From positions 16,678,001 through 16,742,000 of the forward strand of contig JBHGNT010000017.1 in assembly GCA_043228905.1 (NCBI GenBank): a stretch of DNA of 64,000 bases, read 5' to 3'. Below the pieces are notes generated by a model. The model was not told the DNA's origin, made no database searches, and worked only from the letters and a program-made list of their open reading frames with translations. Source of the DNA: Azolla caroliniana. Its lineage: Eukaryota; Plantae; Polypodiophyta. The position numbers and the translations under genes were made by a program. Below, one piece after another: positions 1 to 13,339 of the stretch; within the stretch, counting starts at the first letter, position 1, and the number at the start of each line of letters is the position of its first letter.

Positions 1-1689
1 TATGATAGAAGGGAGATTGGGATCTTATAAACAATGGTGGAACCCATAAAGGAATGTCAATGGAAGGCAAGACTAATCAACCCACTACCATCCAAAGACG
101 AGAGCTCAACAAGGAAGTTACGAGAAGGGTCAACCCACTACTATCCAACGGGGAAGAGGCTCTATTTTTCGACACTTGGGATATTCATTGGGAAAGAATG
201 TCATGAATAGTCAATTGATTGAATGAATGTCTAATAAGTTAATGGATAAGTTCATGTATTGGAAGTCACAATCTTGAGGTTTTACAACATATTATGGAAC
301 ACAGAATATTATATTACTTGCCACTGTTACCACATTGGACAAAGGAGGCTTTGCATTCTTTTTTCTAACCTCTTCGATATTTGGTGTGGAGGAAGAAGGA
401 TAAGTTGAGAATCACATTGTCATGGGTAGACAAAACCCCATGAGGTTTAAGATGACTCAAACACATAACCTCTAAGGTAGAGCACTTAACTTTAGCCATT
501 AGACTATGATCATATTATATATAAAATGCTATATTTACTTTACTATAAATTTGATATTGTGACCCTATAAATATCCAAAGGGTGCCATGACCTTGATTCA
601 CATCGCAATGCATGTGAGCTAGGTTGCATGGAATGAGAGAGAGAGGTAGAGAAAGAGAGAGACTAGCATTAGGCAAATACTTCTTTTGCATTCTTTAAGT
701 GAACAATTACTCACCATTCATAAAATGTTTGATTTGTCATTAGATTTGGGTTCACATTTCTCAAATTTGGCAAGTTTTGTCACCTTCTTATTTGACACCA
801 AGACAATGGGTGCATAATTTCCATAGCTCGAGCTAAGAAATCAGAGATGGAGTTTTTTTTTCCCCTTTTTGAGGTATCAGGGTATGCATAATGTTTTTTA
901 TTTGAAGGTGAGCAAACACTCAAAATCCACTTATTTTTAGGGATGAAAATGCTTCATGAAGGAGGCTAGTAATGAGAGGGACTAATCACTATCGTAGTCC
1001 TTCGTTTATGTAACCATGAGCCTTCATACACAGTGAAACTTCAAAATAAAGAAAAGGCATTTAGAGAGAGCCTCGATTAACGAGGGACAAAACAAGTTAA
1101 ACTTTAGTCATCATATTACTTGTACTTGATACCTTCCGAGAAACTTATGAAGACCTCCAATGTCTCACAGATTCGAGAAGCCTCAATTTGCCAAAGCATT
1201 CTATCATAGGTTCGACGAGGAACCAAAAGCATCCTCTGGTTTCAAGTAGATGGAGGGTTTGCTTAGTGAGGGATTCACTCCGTAACGAAGGTATATCCAG
1301 AGACAAAACTAAGAGGATTCGGGTATTATGGATCTTAGATTTCTAGAAGATTCCAACAGGTTTTTCGAATTCTACAAACATGCGGGACTTATGCACTTGC
1401 TCACTTTCTCCTTCTCCGGAAAGGTGTCGGGGAAGGAGGGTGAAACTTATGTGATTTGAACCTTTCCGGAAGCCTCGTGTGCCTGGTAGCTTTGCGTTTA
1501 TGTGTCATGTATATCCAAGGATTCCTAGAACTTCCAAGCAAAGTATTCCGTTTAGTGACTATGCAAATCAATTGATTGCACACACACAAGTACATACAAA
1601 ATAAGACGGGAAGTGTCACTATAAACAAAGATTCGGCCAACATTATCTAGGGACCGACAAACCCTAACCTAACCCTAAGTTTACACAAA

Positions 1690-2362
1690 AGCAATTAGGG
1701 TTTCCAATTAATTAACCCCTTTGTGTTTTTTTGTTTGTTTTTTACTTGTGTGTAACAATCGGCAACGACCGAACCGCAAAAACACGGTTTAACGGCTTAA
1801 TGGCTTAACGGTTTGGTTCAGGTTTAGTTTTTTTTAACGGTTTAACAGTTTTTAATTATAAAAAAATTTTAAAATATAAAAAAATTTCTAAAAAATTTTA
1901 AAATTTGTTTTTAAACAATCTTTTCATTTTTACTCCTTATTCTCACATTTTAGGAACATCTTAAAAATTGTAAAAATTCTAAGTAATGAAATATTATAAA
2001 TTTTTAAAAAATTAAAAATTTGACCTATGTCGAAAACTGAAACTGAACCACGAAACCGCGGTTTTAACGGTTTGAAACTTGTGTAACTGATCGGTTTCGC
2101 GGTTTGGTTCAGGTTTTTAAAAAAATTAGCGGTTTGGTTTGGACCCTCTCAAACCGAACCGTTGCCGATTGTTACTTGTGTGTGAAAGAAAGAAACCATT
2201 ACTATTAGGGTTTCCAATTAACATCTTTCTGTTTTTCTTTTTTACTTTTGTGTGAAAGTAAGAGGCCATTACTATTAGGGTTTCTAATTAACCCCTTTGT
2301 GTTTCATTTCCTGTGTTTAGGGTTTCCATCTGTGTGAAAGAAAGAAACCATTAGGGTTTCCA
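1690..2362. promoter_or_regulatory. Telo-box (TAGGGTTT/AAACCCTA) repeat array upstream of the DTW gene, split by a MITE
   Basis: TTAGGGTTTC occurs at ~1695, 2206, 2276, 2318 and 2351 within related short repeat units; AAACCCTAACCTAACCCTAA at ~1659-1678. Confidence 0.6.
1753..2174. mobile_element. hAT-type MITE, family B
   Basis: TIR TAACAATCGGCAACG...CGTTGCCGATTGTTA; perfect 8-bp TSD CTTGTGTG (1745-1752 / 2175-2182); AAACCG/GGTTCGG subterminal motifs; AT-rich core. Confidence 0.92.
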
Positions 2363-2402
2363 TCCTCTTATACAGAGGATTGATAATCCCTCCTCGTCCT
2401 CC

Positions 2403-4193
2403 ATGGACGAAGCAAACTCAGAGGAGCAGACCCACCTCTACTCTGACCTTATTGTTTCAGACGATGATCAATCCCCATCCCCAAATCCTCCTGTCAAGAG
2501 AGCTTTCTGCGAGAGATGCAAGAAAGCCAAGAAGATGTGTATATGCAACCGCTTCAAAGGTGGGGTTATCCGGAATCGAACCAAGGTCACAATCTTACAG
2601 AGCCTAGAAGAGAGGAATCACCCAATTGGATCTGCAAGGATTGCTTTGTTAGGTCTTGAAAATGTAGGTCTTGTAGAGGTTCCTGAAATTCACTACAGTG
2701 GAACATTCCGGATTCGACCTAAGGTCCCCGGTTCGAAGCGTTGTTTGTCGGGACGAGGTGGGAAAAAGCATAAAGGTCCGAAACCTTTGCTTGCTCATGG
2801 GAAAGTTCCGTCGGATTCACAGCTTTTCCAGCTTTTTCAGCTTCTTATCAACATATTCGGCAATTGGTCAGGTCTCCTTACTTATGATGCTTTTCGTAGT
2901 TTTATGCATCCAGATGGCCAGTTTGACGACATGCAATCAAACAATATCAGTGCCATATGTCGAAGTGATGAAGGATGTATGAATGGTATGCCTCCAAATG
3001 GTGATATCAATTATATGCATCACAACGATGATGGAAGTAAGAATGCAAGTGATAATGGATGTATAGATTATATGCATCCAATTGATAGTATGAATGTTTC
3101 ACATCCAAGCAATGACAGAAATGGTACGCATTTGAGTGATAACAGTGATATGCGATTCAATGGTATGCCTCCAAATGGTGATATCAATTGTATGCATCAC
3201 AATGATGATGGAAGTAAGAATGCAAGTGATAATGGATGTATGGATGATATGCATCCAATTGATAGTATGAATGCTTCACATCCAAACAATGACAGAAATG
3301 GTACGCATTTGAGTGATAACAGTGATAAGCGATTCAATGGTATGCCTCCAAATGGTCATCACAATGATGATAGAAGTAAGAATGCAAGTGATAATGGATG
3401 TATGGATGATATGCATCCAATTGATACTATGAATGCTTCACATCCAAGCAATGGCAGAAATGGTGTGCATTTGAGTGATCACAGTGATATGCGATTCCAA
3501 GGTAACAATGGTATGCATCAGAGGGGTAACAACGATGCGCATCTGCATGATAGCAATGGTTTACATCTGAGCAATAACAATGATTTGCATTTACAAGATG
3601 GAAATGGTGTTTGTCCAAGCAATAACAATGATGCACATGTACATTATAACAACAGTATGCATTTAGGCAATAACCATTGCATGGTACATCTGAGAGATAG
3701 CAATGGTGCAATCAGTAATGGTGATATTTCTCAAGAGGTAACTAGTGGACTATCTGATGATGAAGTCAAGGCATTAATTCCACCTGGGGTGGCGCTTCTC
3801 TATCCTAGTGACAAAGCCATTGAATTGTCAGACTGCTTTTCCAAGATGGTGATCAACAATGATGTGAAAGACCGTCCTTCACACTTGATTGTTCTTGATG
3901 GGACTTGGCCCAAAGCCAGACGAATATATTTCAATAACCCTTGGCTTCAAAAAATACCACACTATAAGTTGTCACCTCCGAGTGTGAGCCTGTATGCTGG
4001 TGTGAGAAAAGAACCGAAGCCTGAATGTTTGTCAACGATTGAAAGCATTGTGTTTGCTTTGAAGGCATTGGAACCTGAGACATTAGGACTTGATGGCTTA
4101 TTGGAAGTGTTTGATTCTATGGTAGAAGACCAAAGGTGGTGCAAGGAGACAAAATCGAGCACGTTAGGACCTTGGTTCCACAAGGATTGTTGA
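2403..4193 (+). CDS. DTW-domain protein (tRNA-uridine aminocarboxypropyltransferase-like, DTWD2/TapT family) with an internal repeat insert
   Basis: 596-aa single ORF; N-terminal CxxC..CxC (FCERCKKAKKMCIC), LLYPS, LIVLDGTWPKA (DxTW), RKEP...LSTIE motifs. Confidence 0.88.
   Translation: MDEANSEEQTHLYSDLIVSDDDQSPSPNPPVKRAFCERCKKAKKMCICNRFKGGVIRNRTKVTILQSLEERNHPIGSARIALLGLENVGLVEVPEIHYSGTFRIRPKVPGSKRCLSGRGGKKHKGPKPLLAHGKVPSDSQLFQLFQLLINIFGNWSGLLTYDAFRSFMHPDGQFDDMQSNNISAICRSDEGCMNGMPPNGDINYMHHNDDGSKNASDNGCIDYMHPIDSMNVSHPSNDRNGTHLSDNSDMRFNGMPPNGDINCMHHNDDGSKNASDNGCMDDMHPIDSMNASHPNNDRNGTHLSDNSDKRFNGMPPNGHHNDDRSKNASDNGCMDDMHPIDTMNASHPSNGRNGVHLSDHSDMRFQGNNGMHQRGNNDAHLHDSNGLHLSNNNDLHLQDGNGVCPSNNNDAHVHYNNSMHLGNNHCMVHLRDSNGAISNGDISQEVTSGLSDDEVKALIPPGVALLYPSDKAIELSDCFSKMVINNDVKDRPSHLIVLDGTWPKARRIYFNNPWLQKIPHYKLSPPSVSLYAGVRKEPKPECLSTIESIVFALKALEPETLGLDGLLEVFDSMVEDQRWCKETKSSTLGPWFHKDC
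2982..3497 (+). repeat. 177-bp in-frame tandem repeat x3 (59 aa) inside the DTW CDS
   Basis: Units start AATGGTATGCCTCCAAATGG at 2982, 3159 and 3336; the third copy lacks 15 bp. Confidence 0.95.
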
Positions 4194-5675
4194 AATTGGC
4201 TTTCATTTGTTGTGGTAATATAATCGACAGTTAGCTCTCAAAGTTTTTGATCATATAGTATCTCATAAACAACATACGTTGAAAGTCTAATTTCGGTGAA
4301 ATACCTACCCAAAACATTTCATGGTAAAGGAAATTGAAGCTTGTAATATGCTCAATGATTCAAACATCAAAGAGTACTGATGATTGTAGGCTTTATTAAT
4401 TGATGGAATGCAAAGAATCTTGCAATATATTGTGTATATAGTGTAAATTACGATTCATGGTCAATATTGGCATGAATAAAAAAGAAAAGACTCGTTTAGT
4501 TGATAAAACGTCGTTCTTATCAAAGACAACTTCAAAAGCATCTAGAGACCAAAGAATAATCCATAGAACTCATGGGCTAGTTCTTATCGCTGTTGACTTA
4601 ATGATCTTGCTATTCTTTCTTCCATATTGAACGAGTTGTGATGTAACGCGGTTCATTTTTAATAATTTAGGATGCATATGACCTGATATTCTTTTGATTT
4701 GGATGTATGGAATAACAATTTCCCATTGGACAGACCAGTTCCATAGCAAGGAATTCTGCAAGTTAGAGAGCAGGATTCAGCGTTAGTTTGTTGTTGATAT
4801 TCTTTAAATCTAATGTGTTTTGTCATGCCACATCATCTCCTTATCTATCATATCTATCATATGGGACAATTAGGGATATAATGCAGTTTATAATTCTGTC
4901 TATTACGTTCGAATTCTATTGTGTATCAATTCATCTATCGGTGGACATAGTTTGATGTGAAGTGGTTAAGAGGTTACTTCCAAGCATTGAACGTAAACCC
5001 TCACACTCATAATTGGAACAATACCAGTATATCAAATGCTGATAGTTTGTCTACAGCCCAGAGAAGTCCTAACTGTGTCGAGGTGTCTGTCTAACATACA
5101 ATTGCCAGAAATCGCCAAATGTCAAATCCCCAAAAAAACTTAGGTCATTGGGTCGTTTTTAAGTATGCTTTTCCATGAAGTGACAAACATACAGATTATT
5201 TTTTACAAGCTTTATGGTCTGCATATAGTTGTGTTGTAGACAGATGCACCATGCATATGTATATATATATTCCAATGTTTCAATACACTAGCCATGTGTA
5301 TCTATAAACCCATAATTTCTGCAAAAGTTCTAGAGTCTTCGTATATACCGTAGAAAAACAATGTGCTTTCATATTTGGGGTTGAGCGCGTAATCTCATTT
5401 GCACATAGTTGTGATCAAATCAAATCAAGGCCTCGTGTATGAAATCAACCTATTCACGAAAGAATGTGCGATACGGTGTGTTTCTGGTGGGCCGAGCTTG
5501 ATATTCCTTACTTGTGTTTTGGGTCTTTGAGTGGCCCCACATTTTCCTTGTTTGTGAACCAGGAGGGGGTTCAAAAATACATACATACATGTAATATGTG
5601 ATCAAAGACTAGTATTTGCCTTTTTGTTTGAAAATGTAAAAGACAAAGAAAAGGAAGAAAAATTCTATAAAGAGA

Positions 5676-5708
<33 letters not shown>

Positions 5709-6035
5709 ACACAGAGAAGCACACAATAATGTGGCGTTGAATTTCGTTTCCATTCCCCTCATTTTTAATAGGGGTTTCGGATATAGATGCCTTTTAGAAA
5801 ACCAAGTAACACCTGTAGATACCCTTTGGCTGCTATTGTTAAGAGGCTTGTCTGTTTTTTTCTCTTTTAATCTCAATTGCCAGAATTTCTATCTGCTCTA
5901 CAGAGTTTAGAGGAGGAATTCTGATCATTAGAAGAAACCCCCACCTTATATTTCTAGTTGTTTCATTACAATCACCCATCTCTCTAAATTGGATTAAATT
6001 CCTCATCTAAGGCAAATTGCCCATCAAAAAAGAAT

Positions 6036-7418
6036 ATGAAGCTTAATCTGATCTCTGCAGCAAGGGCCAAACAGATCCACAGATCTCTCAATAGCCTCAA
6101 GTTAACCCTAGTGTGTGGTTTCCTAACCCTACTTGTGTTAAGGGGTACCCTAGGGGCAGGCAAATTTGGAACCCCAGCTAAAGATTTTGAGGAGATTAAG
6201 CTTCAATTTGAAAGGGCTCATTTACATAGAAAACAACTCAATGTTGCAAGTAGAGTCCTCAATGAAGTGAAGATTGAGAAGAAGCCCACCATGTCTTTGG
6301 TTCAAAATGACACCGAAATGGCTCAAAATGATGCGAAAGCCGGTCAAAATGGAGGCGATTCGGTGCCGAATGATGTGAAAAGGGCACAAACTGATGTGAG
6401 ATTTGCTCAATTTGATGTGAAAATAGATCAAGAACAGGTGGTGGGTAAACCCTATAGCTTGGGACCCAAAATCTCTGATTGGGATTCTAAGAGGATGGTT
6501 GAATCAGAGCTCTCAAGGCAAGGCAAGCCTCAGATTATGCTCATCACTGGCTCTCAACCATCTCCATGTGAGAACCCTGCAGGGGACAATTTCTTGCTCA
6601 AGTCCATGAAGAACAAGCAGGATTATTGCAGGCTCCATGGCATGGAGATCTTCTATAACATGGCTTATCTTGATGATCAAATGTCTGGCTTCTGGGCAAA
6701 GCTCCCATTGCTCAGGAAAATGATGGTAACACATCCAAATGTGGAGTGGTTTTGGTGGATGGACAGTGATGCCCTCTTCACTGACATGGCCTTTGAAGTC
6801 CCTATCCAAAGGTATGAAAACTATAACTTGGTTCTACATGGGTGGGAGGACATGGTCTACAAGGATAAGAACTGGGTGGGTCTTAACACGGGTAGCTTCC
6901 TGCTTCGGAATTGCCAGTGGTCTCTCGACCTCCTCGATGCCTGGGCCACACTCGGACCCGAAGACCAATCCCGAGAAACGGGCGGAAAGCTGTTGTCTGA
7001 GACGCTCACGGGCCGCCCGGACAACTTCGAAGCAGACGACCAGTCGGCACTGGTCAGTCTGCTCGTTACCCATAGGGAGACATGGGGCGAGAAGGTCTTC
7101 CTGGAGAACTCTTACTACCTGCATGGGTACTGGTCTGTCCTGGTCGACAAATACGAGGACATGATGAAGACATCCCACAATGGGTTTGGAGACGACCGAT
7201 GGCCTTTCGTCACTCATTTCGTTGGTTGTAAACCATGTAAGAAAACTCTGGGTGATTCTGGAACCGATTCGACTGTTTGCTTCGAGCAAATGCAAAGGGC
7301 GTTCAATTTTGCAGATAATCAAGTTCTTGAACTATATGGGTTTCGCCATCAATCGTTGTCGACAGACAAGGTTCAACACATCGACGATGGTCTCATTGCC
7401 TCTTCTTCGGATATCTAA
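6036..7418 (+). CDS. Glycosyltransferase family 34 (xyloglucan xylosyltransferase XXT / galactomannan galactosyltransferase-like)
   Basis: Intronless 460 aa; N-terminal TM segment (LTLVCGFLTLLVLRGTLGAGKFG); motifs PYSLGPKISDWD, NKQDYCRLHG, FWAKLPLLR, WWMDSDA (DxD), FEADDQSAL, WPFVTHFVGCKPC. Confidence 0.93.
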   Translation: MKLNLISAARAKQIHRSLNSLKLTLVCGFLTLLVLRGTLGAGKFGTPAKDFEEIKLQFERAHLHRKQLNVASRVLNEVKIEKKPTMSLVQNDTEMAQNDAKAGQNGGDSVPNDVKRAQTDVRFAQFDVKIDQEQVVGKPYSLGPKISDWDSKRMVESELSRQGKPQIMLITGSQPSPCENPAGDNFLLKSMKNKQDYCRLHGMEIFYNMAYLDDQMSGFWAKLPLLRKMMVTHPNVEWFWWMDSDALFTDMAFEVPIQRYENYNLVLHGWEDMVYKDKNWVGLNTGSFLLRNCQWSLDLLDAWATLGPEDQSRETGGKLLSETLTGRPDNFEADDQSALVSLLVTHRETWGEKVFLENSYYLHGYWSVLVDKYEDMMKTSHNGFGDDRWPFVTHFVGCKPCKKTLGDSGTDSTVCFEQMQRAFNFADNQVLELYGFRHQSLSTDKVQHIDDGLIASSSDI

Positions 7419-9990
7419 CCTCCCCCATCCATGTTCACCATTCTACATGGAAGATGAAAAGGAGCTCCAAAAGACAAAAGAAAAAACATTTTCCCATAGG
7501 AAATACCAAGTGAGGGGGTGGTCCCCTTTAACGAAGTTATTAATGACTATTATCATATTGATTTAATCACAACCCAAATGCAAACTTTGGCCGAACTAGG
7601 TTTTGGTTTTTATATAGATACACACCACATTATTTTAGAGAGCTTGAAAGGGGGTTCAATTTCATTAATTTGTTCAATTCTTTTCGTGGGATTGAAGAGG
7701 GGTTGTGTTTGGCTTGATACTTTGAGATTAGAATTAAAAGACTTCTACCAATCAGCTATGACAACTTCAATTTATCTTCTTTTCTCCCCCACTTTTGAAT
7801 ATTGACATTGAGATTAATAAACAAATTAAAAAAGATATTGACATATGATTATGCAAGTAGCCAACTTAAAGTACAAGGGCAAAAATAGTTGAACATAACC
7901 AACAAACAACTCACGACTAAGAGGGGCCATAAAGAAATCTCAACTACAAAAAAACTCGTAATTCCAGAACATGTGTTACATGTTTCACAGGGTATCTTAG
8001 ACTTCGAAGCGTGATTATTTTTCAAACAAGCATCAAGCATAATCATCATGAGAGTTGTTTCCACTTGGTCCACGTTCTAAGCACTCATTGTCTCAATGTG
8101 TCCTTCCATAAATTGACGAGACTTCTTATATACATTATGAAGAAAACCTATATACACATGTGTGCATGTGATTTTCTTCCTTCATAAGTGTTTCCAACCT
8201 AGAAATCTAAACATTTGAACTCATGTCTTCATTGAGTTTTAATAAGGTGGCATGTGTAAACTTTCTCAACATATATATTTACGCTCTATGGCCACATTGT
8301 CTTAACTATACACTCCTATGGTATTAAATCTTTGAGTTATGTTCACATGGTCGATTGACTAGTAAGCTTGTTGTCTCACACACATGAGATGACAACCTCG
8401 ACTTTCATGCTCTTTATTGATCTTAAGTATCCCTACTTTTGTTCCTCAAGCATTGACTTCAATAGTATGTAGACTCAAAAGTTCTTTAGTGTCTAATTGG
8501 CATTTGTATACTTCTCTTTACTCTTTGTGGGATTTCACCTCACTTTGAGGTTTCCCACTAGTGTTACTAAAAAAAAAGGATGTAGACTCAAAAGTATGGT
8601 AAACCATGCAAATAACAATCATATTTTCATCCCAACATGTACACATTGATTGTCAAATATACTACCATGGTGATTGGAATCTAATGGAGGGAGTAAATGA
8701 GATACGCATGCTTGCTTGGTCGTAAGAAATAAAAAATTGCACTCAAGAACATATTGAATTAATCCATTACTAAATTGACCTTGACCATGTTGGGACCTAG
8801 ATTACATCTAACATCGAGACCATTTTATTCAATTTGCTAAAGATAATATGGATAAGACAGTCCACTCACACCATTAGCTTCGTGGCTTATTTATGCGTCC
8901 ATGAAAATGAGGACACCCCTACATAGGCTTAAAGGTAGCATTGGAATCTACGTATAGGTTGTTTTCATCACAAGTTGTTGACCCTTGGTTATTGATTCTT
9001 TCTCGACCTATATAAGATCCTTCACAACAAATCCTTGTGCTCTCATGGTAAGTTTGACTAGGCTTGTTAGAACTCAACCTAAGTTTCTATAGACCTTTCC
9101 ACAACCAATTCTTTGTGGCATGGGTAGCTAGCTTTAGGTTAAATCTTCTTTTTCAGCCTATGGCAAATCCTTGACAACATCAATTCCTTGACTTCTCATT
9201 ATATCTGTTAATCGGCTTGTATCACTAAGTTTTATACCTTTTACATGGCCACTTTGTTTTATGGAATCAACATCATGATATGTTTCCAATAGGATTCCTA
9301 ACATTGAAAGAGTTAACTATACTCGAAGATTTGCCCATGTAGGCAACTTCTGTTAATCATGCAAATGAGAACATTGCAATAAAAACACATTACATGATAA
9401 ATTTACACACCATTGTCAATTTGATCTAACAAACTTTTGGTCTCCCCGCAAGTTTATATTCGTGTCTACTAATGTTATAGCATGGGGTTATTTATTATCT
9501 TAGCTATGATGCTCATACTATTATGTGATGTTTCACCTTGGATTAGACAAGAAATTAAATAGATTAATAGTGTTGTAATAGAAAAAACAAGCATGAAAAA
9601 GAAGGGACAATAGCTAGCATATGTAGCATGGAGACGTAATTTTGAGAGGAGTGGGCACAAGAATTTTCAAATTTCTCAAAACAAGGATGCAATCTACTTA
9701 AGCATTACCTTGTAAAGTATTCAGTTAATAATGTAGAGAGGAGATGAACATCTACTTAAACAAAATTGGTGGCATTTTACATCAAGACCTGAGCATTGCC
9801 CATTAAAATTTTGAAGGTATATCCGCTAACTTGTGGCTAGCTTCTCTGGTTTAAATTCGAGTTATCCAATCAATATACAACTTTGATTAAGTTTCAGCTC
9901 TAGAACAATCTAAATTCTTGATATGTGTAAGTTATCTGTGCAAACCCAAACTCTTGCATTGATTTAAATCCATCTCACTCCCTCACTTTT

Positions 9991-12900
9991 TCATAAAAGT
10001 CTAAGGCTACCTGTGACTTCATCTATGATATCTGCTGGTCCTGTAACCAAATATGAACCACGTCAAGCATCTGCTGAAGATTAAAAAGCATGAACACTTT
10101 TCGTGCCTTTTTACATATATAAATGAATAAAAAACCATTGATGTTAAAATATTTCTAATTCTCTCCAGAGTTAATTAGTACTCGTGGATGAACTTCATGA
10201 GTTGTGGTTGAATTGAACCAAGTCATCGGCAGCTCTTATAAACCAATTGCCTTAGATATGACTCAGCTCTTAACCCTTTGTAGCTTGGTTAAGGCTTAGA
10301 GAGTGCCCCTTCAGAGCAATGTTGTCTGATAATGCACCTGTGACCCAATTCTCGTGTCCTACCACATCATGATTTGTACTACCTAGAGACCATTATCCCA
10401 TTGTAGTGGAGGCACCCATTTGAAATTCTATCATACGATATATTCAAAGTAAAATTCGAAACTACTATCTACAATTAAAAAGATACAGGGGAAAACACCA
10501 ATATACCCCTGACTTTTTGCAATATTTACCCCTGACTTTTAAATTACAAAAGTACACCTTAGTATTAATGAAGCCTAACAAGTTTATGGGCAACCTGGTA
10601 AATCTGCAAAAACACGGGGGTATATTTTATGTTCTTTCCCTAATTTATATCAGGTTCCCAATAAACATTTGGGGTTGCAGATTTATCATTGGGACTACTC
10701 AAACCTAGTTAATCTGTGTGGTTCCTCTAAATTTCCTAAATTAAAAGACGACGAAGGGTATCATAGAACTTACCAAGCAAGCTCAATACTGTTCTTGAAT
10801 CTGCAAAAAAAAAAGGATTTCATGAACAAATGTGAGATTGTGACCATACGCAGCTGTGCCATATACATTGCATTAATGTTCTATTAGACTAATTAAGTGT
10901 CATTTATAGAAATGATATGTCTACTAATTTATTACGAAGAGCTGCATGATATTAGTGTCTAGAAAAGAAATGGAGTCTTGTATAGCTAAATGATTAGTGT
11001 CTTCAAAGTAGAAAGCAAGGGCTGCGCCGTAGCTATAAAATCCGATGATGCAAGTCTCATATTGATCAGTTTGGAAATACAAATTTTCTGAGTGACTTTT
11101 AGACATACAATTTAGAAAGGAATGATACTATTCTGCAAGAACAGAGGGCAGAACTCACTGGGTGCTATTTGTGTCCTTCCAGCATCTATTGTTATGTGTG
11201 AAGCAATCATTAAGCTGTTTGCCTTCGCCTGCAAGGATAGATAAAGCAAAAGATGACATTAAAAACAAGAATATTTTGAGGATTGACTCACTCTGTAGTT
11301 GTGTAAACCAATGTCTAAGCTTTTGTATTGTTCCAACCTACCCTATCAAAAATTTAAGATATGGAGGAAAAAAACCGAATGAAGTAAAAATAATTCTATC
11401 ATTTTCTCAAAGACAATAGACAGCCCAAAGGATCATCATACACATGTTTTCTGATACTGATGTGGTGTAGTTGCTTTTATATTATTTATGTATTCTAACA
11501 CCATAGACACAAACCCACATGCACAAAGAAAGAAAAAAACACATACAAAGACAAGTACCCAATGTTATAGAGGTTCATACCTGAATCAAGATCATTTCGT
11601 CTTCACTATCAACTCTGGTGACAACCTTGACTTGTTCACAGTTCTCCCACCTTCATAAATGAATAATTCATGAGGAGCACACACATATATCCATGAACGA
11701 AATGCATGTCTAGCATCTGATTACCTTTCAAGTGCCTTGGGTGCTCGATAAAGTAACTTTTTGTAAAGACCTAAAGATGCATGACTGCAATTTAAGCAAA
11801 ACCAAGTTGTAAACATGATTTCATTTATGTTAAGGCCTGTACAGAAATATCAGTAAATTTTGGCAGCTGAATTAGACGTATGTTCCAGTAGAATTTAAAA
11901 ACCATATCAGAAAATCAGAAGAGTTAAGATGAGTCACTGAATTTAGTAATAGATTGTGTGATAAATGGTTGGTATCAAGAAGGCTGACAATGACGGTCTC
12001 CTTGGCAAGTCACTTTGTGTAGCTCAGTTGGCAAGGTTGTCTGGTGGAGACTAGAAGGCATGTGTTCAACCCCTACATTCCACAATGGCATCTAGCAGTA
12101 AATCAGGAAAAATTATATGGTGCAATAAAGAATTGTGAAAATCGGCCTTTGAGCCCAATGCCTTGTGTTAGTTGCCTAATAGTTTACCACAAGCATAAGT
12201 TTATCACAAGATGGACCCTGGCCTACCAATGCATTTTCCCATGTCTTGACCATATGGCATAGATTAGTGCTAAACCATTTAGATGCCAAGAAGTAGGCAA
12301 AGACATTCACTAAAGAAAAAAACCAAGTATATTCATATATGACGTTTGTCTTTTTGGGTGACGACCTAAGAACCTAGACAATCATCCTGCGTAGCATGGT
12401 GTGATGCACCAGAAGAGGTTTGTGTATGTGGTCCTGAGTTGCATCTAATACTACTATTGTTTGCAGAGACGGACTTTGTGAGTATACGTTCGCAGCATTA
12501 GAGAAGTTTCCTTTCAGTTGGACGCATAAGGTGTGTTTGTATGAAGTTCTCTCTTTCTTTTCTTACAAACCACATATGTATTATTTGTGTGTGAAGTCCT
12601 GAACTCATTGACCATTGCAGTAGCACTATTTTTTGGCATTATCTTTTATTATTGAAGACTATATCTTCAAACAATATACGACGTCGCAAATAAGATAATT
12701 TCATGCTTACCATGGGAGCATATCACATAATAATGAGACTGTTTATACTGTTTGCGCCATATTTCTTTGCCAATCAGGCAAGTTCCATTTTTTCACGAAG
12801 TGATAGGAAAATATGACAAAGTACAACAAATTTCATATGACAACATCCATTTTTTTTATCAGATTAGTTTCCTTTGAATTTCCAATCAATGAGTTCAATA

Positions 12901-13255
12901 ATTCAGCAATGGATTAACGTTAAGAATAGGAAAGCATCAATTGCATCGCCTTAAAATAGAAAAGGTGTGCAAAAGTAACTGGAAACACACCTGCATTGCC
13001 CAGCTACTTTTCCTTTTCCCATTTCAAGTCATTTCAATAATTCAGCAATGGTTTTAACATCAAGAATTGAAAAGCATCAACGGCATTGCCTTGAAATAGA
13101 AAGATTTATGCAAAATAAATGAGAAACACACCTGCATTGTGCAGCTATTTTGCCTTTTCCCATTTTCAAATCATTTCGGACAACCAAGACCTGCATAAAG
13201 GGAACAGAAATCCATATTTTAGAGGAGAAGGAAAATCTGACAAGAAAGAAAGCGT

Positions 13256-13339
<84 letters not shown>

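Noticed and set aside
1009-1659. Possible solo LTR (TG...CA block) and the 80-aa ORF at 1401-1643
   Set aside because: No TSD, PBS or second copy; the ORF has no recognisable motif.
6222-7566. Overlapping and antisense ORFs across the GT34 gene (similar ones over DTW, GT and INO80B)
   Set aside because: Shadow frames of real CDSs with no recognisable motifs.
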